Source: Amoeboradix gromovi X-113 | Lineage: Eukaryota; Fungi; Sanchytriomycota | Assembly (NCBI GenBank): GCA_018985225.1 | Contig: JADGIF010000490.1 | Location: 1 to 7,766 of the forward strand | Reading direction: 5' to 3' | DNA: 7,766 bases | In this document: positions 1 through 7,560 of the stretch, piece after piece | How the letters are laid out: the number at the start of each line of letters is the position of its first letter | Position numbering within the stretch: the stretch's first letter is position 1 | Made by a program: the position numbers and the translations under genes | Notes under the pieces: model-generated | Databases searched by the model: none | Told to the model about the DNA's origin: nothing | The model's input: only the letters and a program-made list of their open reading frames with translations

Positions 1-218
1 TCCAAAAGCTGTAAAGATAACAAACCAATCTTCAGTTCGACGAATGTCCTTGGAAAACAGTGAGATATATAGCCGGCGGAGATGCTTTGATATTAGAGCT
101 CTTCGCTAATCTCTAGATGACAAAATACGAGACATATAGAGAAATATTAAAACTTCTAGCTTCTAAGCTGGGCATCACACACTTTCGTGATAAACCGGAC
201 CCTACTCAAAGATCTTAA
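1..218 (+). CDS. Possible 3' end of a spliced gene entering from the left; last exon 117-218 encodes MTKYETYREILKLLASKLGITHFRDKPDPTQRS*
   Basis: GCTAAT-ctcTAG branch/acceptor-like signal ends at 116, the frame is open 117-218, and AATAAA follows at 221-226. Candidate introns 11-35 (GTAAAG..TTCAG, 25 nt) and 60-116 (GTGAGA..CTAG, 57 nt) would give ..PKA/FDECPWKT/MTKYE.. in frame. No recognisable homology. An unspliced frame 2-109 is also open. Confidence 0.3.
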
Positions 219-231
219 AAAATAAACACTA

Positions 232-532
232 GGGATATCAAATATAAAAACTAGACTAACTTTCTGAAATGGTTTGAATCATTATTTCAAGTGTGTATTA
301 ACTGATAGTAAATTAAAATAAATTAATCTTATTGGTTGCACCTTTTGCTTAGACACTCATAGACCTTACTTGAAAGAGACTGGGTCATCTTGTTATATTT
401 TAAAGAGAGGAATGACATTAATGAAAGAAAACTGGTTTGAAAGAAGAAAAACTTTTATTAATAATAGCATTTCCTTCTTATGGAGCACCTACTTTAAAGA
501 CGAGTTAGTCTAGTTTTTACGTTTGGTATCCC
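232..532 (+). mobile_element. MITE / non-autonomous TIR DNA transposon, copy 1 (301 bp)
   Basis: 30-bp terminal inverted repeats: GGGATATCAAATATAAAAACTAGACTAACT (232-261) versus the reverse complement of 503-532, 27/30 identical. ACTA flanks both sides (228-231, 533-536), a candidate 4-bp TSD. Homologous over its length to 5316-5763 in inverted orientation. Confidence 0.9.
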
Positions 533-1011
533 ACTACTTTAAGTAATCGTATGATTTTTGTGCTGTTTTGTGTAGACATTGCAATGGAATGAATTTCGGA
601 TATCGAATAATTCAGAATTAAAGGAATACATGCTATTAACATTATACGAAACGAGAAGAACTGGAACTTTATCAGAGTTTCTACAATTCAGCAGGTTTGC
701 CCATTGTGTGTTTTAAATGTAACCATCAGTCAAGAGAAAGCACACATTCGGGAAGGTTTAATTGCTGTACCTGCTGCTAACAAGATCATAGAGATGTCAA
801 TATAGGCAAAGATATGCTTAAATGGTATATACTCAAGTTGTCTACACTTGAGAGACGTGAACTCTAACTTTATTTCAGATCGTCACATTTAACTTAGGCA
901 CTAGCCATTCTTCCAATTGATGCTTATTGAGCGACTGGAAATTATTTTTGGTATCATCTGGGTTGAAATGCAATAATTTCCCTGCAAATAAGACGTGTCA
1001 AGTATTGTTTT

Positions 1012-1545
1012 ATGTTGAATACAAATTGTTGTGATAAACAAATGGTGAATGCTCAAGAAAAGTACAAAATTCAATTCAAGTGTGCATGTGGAAAGCAATC
1101 CAAGGATTCATCTAGATTTACAAGACACATTAGAATTTGTGAAAGAGTTCATTCCTTTGACAAAATGATATTAAACTTGTACAATCATAAGAGCTTTAAA
1201 AGCAGTTCTATGAAGATTCAATTTCCTCCAATTGTTACCTGGAACAGAACCTTTTGGAAACTTGCAGACTTTGAAAATGTGAAATTTGAACCACATGTAT
1301 TGAAGTTATGGAAAAATAGTAGTTCTTGCCAATGTGGGTTTGAAATGGAGGGTGCCTTTAAGACAGTGAGGCACGTGTACATTTGCGAAGAATATTCTAT
1401 TGATGATAAGATCAAGTTTGTAGAGAAATTGAAAAACAAGAGTCGAAAACTTGTCTTTCCAAGGCCCTTATTGGTTGATCGAAGTAGATGCCCTACTGAA
1501 GTGTTTACTGAACATATATATGACACCATTTTGGATAATAAATAG
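1012..1545 (+). CDS. Hypothetical protein with two tandem CxC-x12-H-x3-C (C2HC-like) zinc-finger repeats
   Basis: 177-aa ORF. CACGKQSKDSSRFTRHIRICE and CQCGFEMEGAFKTVRHVYICE have identical ligand spacing 82 aa apart, and the downstream segments also resemble each other (KIQFPPIVTWNR / KLVFPRPLLVDR). The true start could be the ATG at 1042. Confidence 0.8.
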   Translation: MLNTNCCDKQMVNAQEKYKIQFKCACGKQSKDSSRFTRHIRICERVHSFDKMILNLYNHKSFKSSSMKIQFPPIVTWNRTFWKLADFENVKFEPHVLKLWKNSSSCQCGFEMEGAFKTVRHVYICEEYSIDDKIKFVEKLKNKSRKLVFPRPLLVDRSRCPTEVFTEHIYDTILDNK

Positions 1546-1568
1546 ATTTTTGTCAATTTCTAGGCCAA

Positions 1569-4442
1569 ATGCTTCAGAAAAAACGCGTTTCGCTGACTTT
1601 ATCATTTATACCATCACAACCCAATTTAAGTACTACTGCGGTAAAAAAATTTAGCCCAGTCAAAAAAGAAAGAAGTAAGGAACTTATACGAGAAAGGCTA
1701 TTTCGATTGGAACAATTCAGAAGGGAACAACTAGAGAAGATGAAGTCAAGAAAAAAGAAACAAATTAAGAAGCCCATAAGTAATTTGTCTGAGAAGTCTC
1801 AGTCATCTGAATCTGACATACAATTCGAATCCAAATGTGACAAAAAGCCGGTGAGAATTTCACAATCGAAACCAATTTCAACAGCACCTTTAAAAATGAG
1901 AACTCCTGATATTTCATTTTCTAAGCTCAAAATAGATCCCGAATTAGAAGTAAACAGTGCACTGATTCACAAGAAAATAAATAATCTGGTAAACATTTCA
2001 AAATTACTGGCAACAAAGGTTGAAAAGTTGAGTTCTACAAAAACGTTACAATCTCCTGTAGAAGCTAAAACAGACCACCATGATCTCTCTGAAATATCAG
2101 AGAGCATAAATGGAACAACATTTATTGATAAATTGGACAGCTCCAATGACTCAATAAATTTGAAGTTTATTCCTGTTAAAAACATCAACTACAGAAAGAA
2201 CATACCGGAAAAAGAATCAGTTTTAAAAGTCCTCAAACTGAAAGTAGCAAATAAAGTCAAGGCTGCGGTTGAGTTGCCACATAGCACATCAGTAAGTGAA
2301 CTCAGCGTAAGTGATAATGAAGAAATATTGCTCCCACCGTTACCTACACATCCTAAGTATCATTATAATGGTCTACAGAAGGTAGTTAAGTCTTGCGACG
2401 CAACCCCTGAGAAATATTATCCAAATCCTTATATTGAAGAGGAAAGGCGCCAAGCTAATTTAAAGTTAGAGTCATCTTTGAGCCTCACAAAGATATATGA
2501 TAATATGTATGATACAACAAATGAATCTACCAAGATTAACACAAGTGGAGAGCCAGTAGAAATTCTTAATATGTACACAAAGGAACCCCAACTTGACTTA
2601 TCTGATCCTAAATCGTTAATTATAAATGGTTTACGAAGGATGTTGAATTTTGAGTTAAGGTCTAGCAAAGATTCAAGCGAAATTCTTGTTTTGTTAAAAA
2701 CCATTTTAGAGACTAAAAAATTGGTTCATGAATTCACAAGTCCGGAAATATCAGAGTATAGTCAGACAGAAAGCAGTGAGCTTCTTAATATCGTTTCAAC
2801 TACAAATAAAAACAAGTTATCGTCTACCAAAAATTCTACGGAGTATACTAAAGACACCAAACAAAGTTCCGAAGAAAGTCAGCAACCATCTAGCCAAGAG
2901 TATCAAGAACTAGGGCATCGTCGGCCAGAAAAAGAATATAATTCTGACTTTGATACAGATTTGTCCCAGTTTGAAGATAAAAAAATACTTTCAGAATCCA
3001 ACTATCATGCGAAAGAAGAGGATGCAATTAATGAAATTACAAGCGTGAACGCTTCCGATTATTCTGAAGTAAGAAATGAAGAAATAAGAAATGAAGAAAT
3101 AAGAAACAATTCGATACATGAACTTATAAAAGCAAGCGAGGAACTTTCAAAGGGTCTGACTGAGTCTACGATTAGTAACTATTCTAGCGCTAACAAAGTA
3201 GCCGTTTATGAATCACCAAGATCAAAATCATTCGACAGTGATTCAGTTACAGCTGATAGTGTTGCAGAACAAATAGATTCACTAATATCTGCAGCGCTAG
3301 ATATTTCTAAACTAAGCTCACTGTCAAACGCTTCTAAATCCCAGCTCATTCTGGAAGATGAGGTCCTATATAAGCCTGATTTCCATAGCGTTTCGCATAC
3401 AGACGAATCAAAATATTCAAAAAGCAGTGATAGTCTTCCAGACTCGCCTACAACAGTAGATACCACTACGGAAACCTCAGTAATTAAAGGAAGAGTGTCT
3501 AAGCTACGTGTTGACATTGAATCAAAGCTTAAGGAAGAGAAGGAGTTGAAAACTGAGAAGGATCAACAAAAGAAAGAACGAAAAAGGAAAATGAGAGAAC
3601 AAGAATCACAGCTGAAGGATAGGCTTGCACAAATAGAAGACACAATTGCTAGTATGCTAAACGGCAATTTTGTCGAAGAAGACGCATTTTTTCAAGATGA
3701 TAATATTATTCGAGAAAATTCCAAATTTGAGTCCCAGAGCCCTATATCAGAGCCTTCTATCCAAGAAACGAAGCTCGATGTGTTTGAAGTCGAAAAGAAT
3801 ATCGAGGATATAGTGGAGAATGTGTTTCTATCTGCTTCTCGTGAGATTTCTTTAAATTCTTCTATCGGCACATCAAAGTCTAACACCCCCCAAAAGAGCG
3901 CTGAATTGGAAAGCGCAAGCAGAATTTTAGATGACGAACAATTAATGGAAGTAGTTTGTGATGGCATATACTGCAGTATCTTAGAAGAGGCATTTACAGA
4001 TATGCTGTACACCAGTTATCAAGTCAAGGAAATGTTTCCGATTTTTGATTTGCCCTCAATTTATAATATTGTAGATATACTCTTTCAAGACCTACCTTTA
4101 GATATAAACCGTACAAACATTCCGAGAATTAGCGATAGGTTTAAAATAGCAGGTCCCGAGGTTCATTTAATAATGGATATTATCAACGAGGCTTATGCAT
4201 CTGTTTGGACCAATTTTAAAAGTGAATATTTAACAAAAGTAAGGATGGTCAAGGAAATAAAAAAGAAGATCGAATCATGGGTTAATTACAAATGCGATGA
4301 GTTCTTCGACGAGGTACTCATGGACGAAGTCAAAACAGAAGAAAAGACCTGGGAACAATTTACCGTTGAAAAGGAAGAGATAATCACAGGTTTTGCTAAC
4401 AATATCTTTGATCAGGCCCTACAGGAGATTTTGAAGACTTGA
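1569..4442 (+). CDS. CEP350/CAP350-like centrosomal protein with DUF4378 (TRM/CAP350-type) C-terminus
   Basis: Uninterrupted 957-aa ORF: basic N-terminus, Ser/Glu-rich low-complexity middle, and a coiled coil (RVSKLRVDIESKLKEEKE..LAQIEDTI). The C-terminus has LIMDIINEAY and DEVLMDEVKTEEKTWEQFTVEKEEIITGFANNIFDQALQE, resembling the LLFDxxNE and W..(E)..IF..L motifs shared by CAP350 and plant TRM proteins. The CDS is near certain; the family call rests on motif recall only. Confidence 0.7.
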   Translation: MLQKKRVSLTLSFIPSQPNLSTTAVKKFSPVKKERSKELIRERLFRLEQFRREQLEKMKSRKKKQIKKPISNLSEKSQSSESDIQFESKCDKKPVRISQSKPISTAPLKMRTPDISFSKLKIDPELEVNSALIHKKINNLVNISKLLATKVEKLSSTKTLQSPVEAKTDHHDLSEISESINGTTFIDKLDSSNDSINLKFIPVKNINYRKNIPEKESVLKVLKLKVANKVKAAVELPHSTSVSELSVSDNEEILLPPLPTHPKYHYNGLQKVVKSCDATPEKYYPNPYIEEERRQANLKLESSLSLTKIYDNMYDTTNESTKINTSGEPVEILNMYTKEPQLDLSDPKSLIINGLRRMLNFELRSSKDSSEILVLLKTILETKKLVHEFTSPEISEYSQTESSELLNIVSTTNKNKLSSTKNSTEYTKDTKQSSEESQQPSSQEYQELGHRRPEKEYNSDFDTDLSQFEDKKILSESNYHAKEEDAINEITSVNASDYSEVRNEEIRNEEIRNNSIHELIKASEELSKGLTESTISNYSSANKVAVYESPRSKSFDSDSVTADSVAEQIDSLISAALDISKLSSLSNASKSQLILEDEVLYKPDFHSVSHTDESKYSKSSDSLPDSPTTVDTTTETSVIKGRVSKLRVDIESKLKEEKELKTEKDQQKKERKRKMREQESQLKDRLAQIEDTIASMLNGNFVEEDAFFQDDNIIRENSKFESQSPISEPSIQETKLDVFEVEKNIEDIVENVFLSASREISLNSSIGTSKSNTPQKSAELESASRILDDEQLMEVVCDGIYCSILEEAFTDMLYTSYQVKEMFPIFDLPSIYNIVDILFQDLPLDINRTNIPRISDRFKIAGPEVHLIMDIINEAYASVWTNFKSEYLTKVRMVKEIKKKIESWVNYKCDEFFDEVLMDEVKTEEKTWEQFTVEKEEIITGFANNIFDQALQEILKT
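3070..3106 (+). repeat. In-frame 15-bp tandem repeat (TAAGAAATGAAGAAA x ~2.5) encoding (V/I)RNEE
   Basis: Read directly; the protein shows VRNEEIRNEEIRN. Confidence 0.9.
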
Positions 4443-4443
4443 T

Positions 4444-5270
4444 TTATTGTTTATGATCAATATCCTCACTCAGTTCGATTGGGTCCATTTTTATTTTTGC
4501 ACTTCTGATGTCATTTACAGTAAATACTTTCTCTTCATTAGAATTGGTCAGCATCACGGAAATAACTTCTCGTGATCGCACTTGCTGCAAGTTTGCCAAA
4601 ATGCGCTTGTGGTTCATTATTAGGTAGAAGTTATCACCTGCCTTTATAGTTTTACCAACATACCTAATCAAATGGTATTCAGGTACAAAATAGATGAGTA
4701 TTCCATTTGGGTCCGGTATATTTTGTAAATGCAAAGGAGTCTCAACATTCTTTCTCTAAGTTAGTGATTTGGTACTCGTATGACACTTAGATCAAAGTCT
4801 AGCTCAGCAGATGAAGAATGTGAATGTAGCACTGGCATAACATGTTTTGAAGATAAGCGATGCATTAATCGCATTCTATCAATTCTTTTGGATAAAGGAA
4901 CTTGGGGAGGTTTAGCACTAGAAGCCTTCAGGTTATGGATCTTGTGGAAGACGTTCTGTATCAATATCTTCCGAACCCTGCGAAGGTTATCCTCATACTT
5001 TTTGTTGGCATGAAGAATTGCGATCTCTTTCTGTTTATCCGCTTGATCAATAATCTTGTTTTTCAAGTACAGCTGCCCTTGGAGATCTTTGTTTAACTGC
5101 TCAGAAGCAAGTTCAATGAGAGTTTGAACTTCTGGATGAACAAACTTGATTTTGGTAAGTACTTCCTCTAATCCTAGCACAGCCAATCTCTCAACATTGG
5201 TGGTTTCCTTTAATGCCGCCAGTTGCTCTTCAAGAATTGTTAAACTTTTTATTGCCTTTTTAGTTGACAT
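4444..5270 (-). CDS. Sds3-like (SUDS3/BRMS1/Dep1 family) Sin3-HDAC complex subunit; two exons, 5270-4776 and 4755-4444, 268 aa
   Basis: Exon 1 has the Sds3-family coiled-coil pattern (LTILEEQLAALKE..ERLAVLGLEE..HPE) and the later ELDFDLSVIR motif. Exon 2 (IRYVGKTIKAGDNFYL..LANLQQVRSREVISV..KVFTVNDIRSAKIKM) resembles the SUDS3 C-terminal beta domain. Removing 4756-4775 joins them in frame (..VIR/RKNVETPLHLQ..). Confidence 0.75.
4756..4775 (-). other. Putative 20-nt spliceosomal intron GTACCAAATCACTAACTTAG
   Basis: GT..AG ends, a CACTAAC branch-point consensus 4 nt from the 3' end, and it contains the in-frame stop of the upstream ORF. Excision restores one reading frame. An alternative donor at 4784 (29 nt) is also in frame. 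Confidence 0.75.
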
Positions 5271-5334
5271 GACAAGATGTTACAAGAGTGGGGTAAATTT
5301 TAAATTGGCATACTTGGGACACCAAATATAAAAA

Positions 5335-5603
5335 CTAGACCAAGTCGTTTTTAAAGGAGGTGCTCCATAGGGAGGATATACTATTATTAATAAAAGTCCT
5401 TCTTTCAAACCAGTTTTCTTTCATTAATGTCATTCCTCTATTTAACACAAAACAAGATGACCCACTCTCTTTCAAGTAAGGTCTTTGAGTGTCTAAGCAA
5501 AAGTTGCGTTTTCTTAGACGATACTCTTTATCTCTTCCATTTTCTTTTTCCTCTTACCACCTTTCGTATAACTTATTTTTTGTTTTCTCTTCTTGTTAGT
5601 CAT
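5335..5603 (-). pseudogene. Remnant coding sequence inside the TIR element (possibly an internally deleted transposase)
   Basis: ATG 5603 to TAA 5514 encodes MTNKKRKQKISYTKGGKRKKKMEEIKSIV. An overlapping frame 5553-5335 is open for 72 codons and stops at a TAG inside the TIR. No catalytic DDE motif is recognisable. Confidence 0.4.
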
Positions 5604-5631
5604 TGTTTCTAAGATTTTGATGGATGAAAAG

Positions 5632-5639
5632 CTTTTATA
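5632..5639 (-). promoter_or_regulatory. TATA box-like TATAAAAG inside the element, 28 nt upstream of ATG 5603
   Basis: Consensus TATA sequence. AGTATAAAAG also occurs in copy 3 at 7679-7688 in the same element orientation. Confidence 0.45.
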
Positions 5640-5756
5640 CTAAAATAATTTACTTGAACCAGTCAGGTTAATCTGATTTAATTTACTATCGGTTAATACG
5701 CACTTGAAATAATGATTCAAACTATTTAAGAAAGTTTAGTCTAGTTTCTATATTTG

Positions 5757-6752
5757 ATGTCCCCTATGTTTTTAATATTGTTTTTAGCAATAACTAGTGT
5801 AACCATTCAAACAGAAGCTGCAGAATACTTGCAGTCCACATATAACAAGCCAATGTTTATCGTTTACTGCGTCCATGCATCGCTTATTTGTGTTTTGGTT
5901 TCTGGATTTATAAATTATTTGAGAAATCGTCACATTTCCGTTAATTTTAGGGTTGTATTCTGCAGTCGCAACATATTTCGATACTTTGAAGAGTCATGCG
6001 TGTTAATTAATTTACCTTTTAGTCAAGTTTTTGGATTGAGTATAGTATTGGTTACGCTCTACAATATCTCAACCTGGTCCTGGTATTTAGCAATAAGCTA
6101 TACTACAGCTAGTGAGCTCACGGCCGTATTCAACACCAATACCTGCTTTGCATACGTATTTAGCATAATACTGTTGAAAGAAAAAAGCGTAGCATCCAAA
6201 TGGTTAGGCGTGTGTTTATGTATCATTGGAGTAAGTTTAATTACATTTTTAGATTGTTCCTTAAGTATTAATAACTTGTTGGGCAACTTTATTGGTCTGG
6301 CTGGTGCCATTCTTTATGGACTTTATGAGACACTTTATTTTAAATTCGCTGTGCCTATAAATAAATCTGCACAATTTAGCTACTTTTTTACAGGACTGAT
6401 GGGTATCTCGAGCGTGTTAACCTTTTGGATTCCGTTGTTATTGTGTGAGGCATTTGAATTACCGAATTCAAATGAGCTAATGATTCTTATGATTGTCGTG
6501 TTATCCGGAATGGTATTCAACACACTTTTCTTTCGGCTGATATCCATGACTTCTCCCACGATTGCTGCTGCGGGCCTTCTGTTGGGAATACCCTCAATTT
6601 CGATCTGCGAATTCGTACTCGGAAAGGGATCATATTCTTGGAATTTAATGCTTGGAACTTTGATACTCTGCATGGGTTTTTATATATTACATAGTGAAGA
6701 ATTGAAAATTAGCAAGAATTATGAGCAATTGGATTTGCCTTATGAATTGTAG
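5757..6752 (+). CDS. EamA/DMT superfamily transporter (SLC35F3/F4-like, fungal type)
   Basis: About 330 aa with roughly 10 hydrophobic helices. EamA-like motifs: WYLAISYTTASELTAVFNTNTCFAYVFSIILLKEK, GNFIGLAGAILYGLYE, TSPTIAAAGLLLGIP. N-terminal IQTE..YNKPMF. Start is ATG 5757 (inside the TIR) or ATG 5766, not TTG 5754. Confidence 0.88.
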   Translation: MSPMFLILFLAITSVTIQTEAAEYLQSTYNKPMFIVYCVHASLICVLVSGFINYLRNRHISVNFRVVFCSRNIFRYFEESCVLINLPFSQVFGLSIVLVTLYNISTWSWYLAISYTTASELTAVFNTNTCFAYVFSIILLKEKSVASKWLGVCLCIIGVSLITFLDCSLSINNLLGNFIGLAGAILYGLYETLYFKFAVPINKSAQFSYFFTGLMGISSVLTFWIPLLLCEAFELPNSNELMILMIVVLSGMVFNTLFFRLISMTSPTIAAAGLLLGIPSISICEFVLGKGSYSWNLMLGTLILCMGFYILHSEELKISKNYEQLDLPYEL

Positions 6753-7560
6753 ACAAATAAGTTAGTAAATACATTGAAGTTTAACTGATTTTATAATTTG
6801 CAAATGAGTGAAACCCACTAGTTAGTACTGCTGCATCTAAAAATAGAGTAAATGACGAAAATCCAGCTCGAAGTATTTTTTTGCCACATGTATTGCCAAC
6901 GTAATGCATCCAAAGATTGAGAGAATCAAGATAATCAATGGATTCTAGATCGCTACACTTAGATAGAGAATTTTCTCATCGGCACTACAGCTAATAACTT
7001 GGCTTTATTTATTGTAGGTGAAAAAGCCGCAATATAATATTATATTCAATTAGGAATCTCTAGTAAGGATTATTGAAACGACCAAATTCGTGTAAACACA
7101 ATAAGTGCTTTTGCAAAAGAAAAAGAAGAACTTTAATTTAAAATTTTAAAGTGGTTTTCATGAGGCACACTTTGCGAAATGGCCCTGGCTATAACGTAAG
7201 CACTATTAAGTGTTTTACATAGTTAATTGAAACCTTTATATTTCCAAAGTCATTGATAACAACCTCAGTAAAATCGTCATAATTACATAGCCATAGATCT
7301 TGTTTCAATAGCTTTTGTTCTCTGTATGAGCATTGAGAAGATCAACACAATCATATCAAATTACAAACAAAGAACACAAATGTTCCTGGTTCTGCTTTAA
7401 TTGTAAGGAGAGAACGAATAGTAAAAAACAAGAGATAGGGTTATATGCTGAGGAGATTGCACAAAGAATCGTGTAAGCAGACTTCAGGTAGTGCCGAACA
7501 GAAAACTGATTCACGACTCCGAAACATTCAGCATTATAGGTTTTTAATCGCAAAAACAGT

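Larger units (their letters stand above)
5316..5763 (-). mobile_element. TIR element copy 2 (448 bp), inverted relative to copy 1, with 149 bp of extra internal sequence (5508-5656)
   Basis: Begins GGGACACCAAATATAAAAACTAGAC and ends GTCTAGTTTCTATATTTGATGTCCC. 5316-5507 and 5657-5763 align with the reverse complement of 232-532. No clean TSD (ACTT vs CTAT). Confidence 0.9.

Noticed and set aside
1218-4012. Minus-strand and alternate-frame ORFs overlapping the two + strand genes
   Set aside because: Shadow ORFs of real coding sequence with no recognisable motifs.
4444-4734. Separate 96-aa gene starting at TTG
   Set aside because: Better explained as exon 2 of the Sds3-like gene; a TTG start is unlikely in this eukaryotic context.
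5427-5612. 61-aa + strand ORF in element copy 2
   Set aside because: Phe/Leu/Ser-rich antisense of the purine-rich minus-strand frames, and it spans the junction absent from copy 1.
6098-6673. Minus-strand ORFs within the transporter
   Set aside because: Antisense shadows of a well-supported CDS.
6852-7163. Alternative genetic code to explain a stop-interrupted frame
   Set aside because: The long ORFs are open under the standard code, and all three stop codons end supported genes.
7196-7222. Small hairpin or GTAAGC..TAG intron-like motif
   Set aside because: Short AT-rich stem expected by chance, and splicing gives only a very short peptide.
7356-7553. 65-aa minus-strand ORF
   Set aside because: Non-ATG start and no recognisable motifs.
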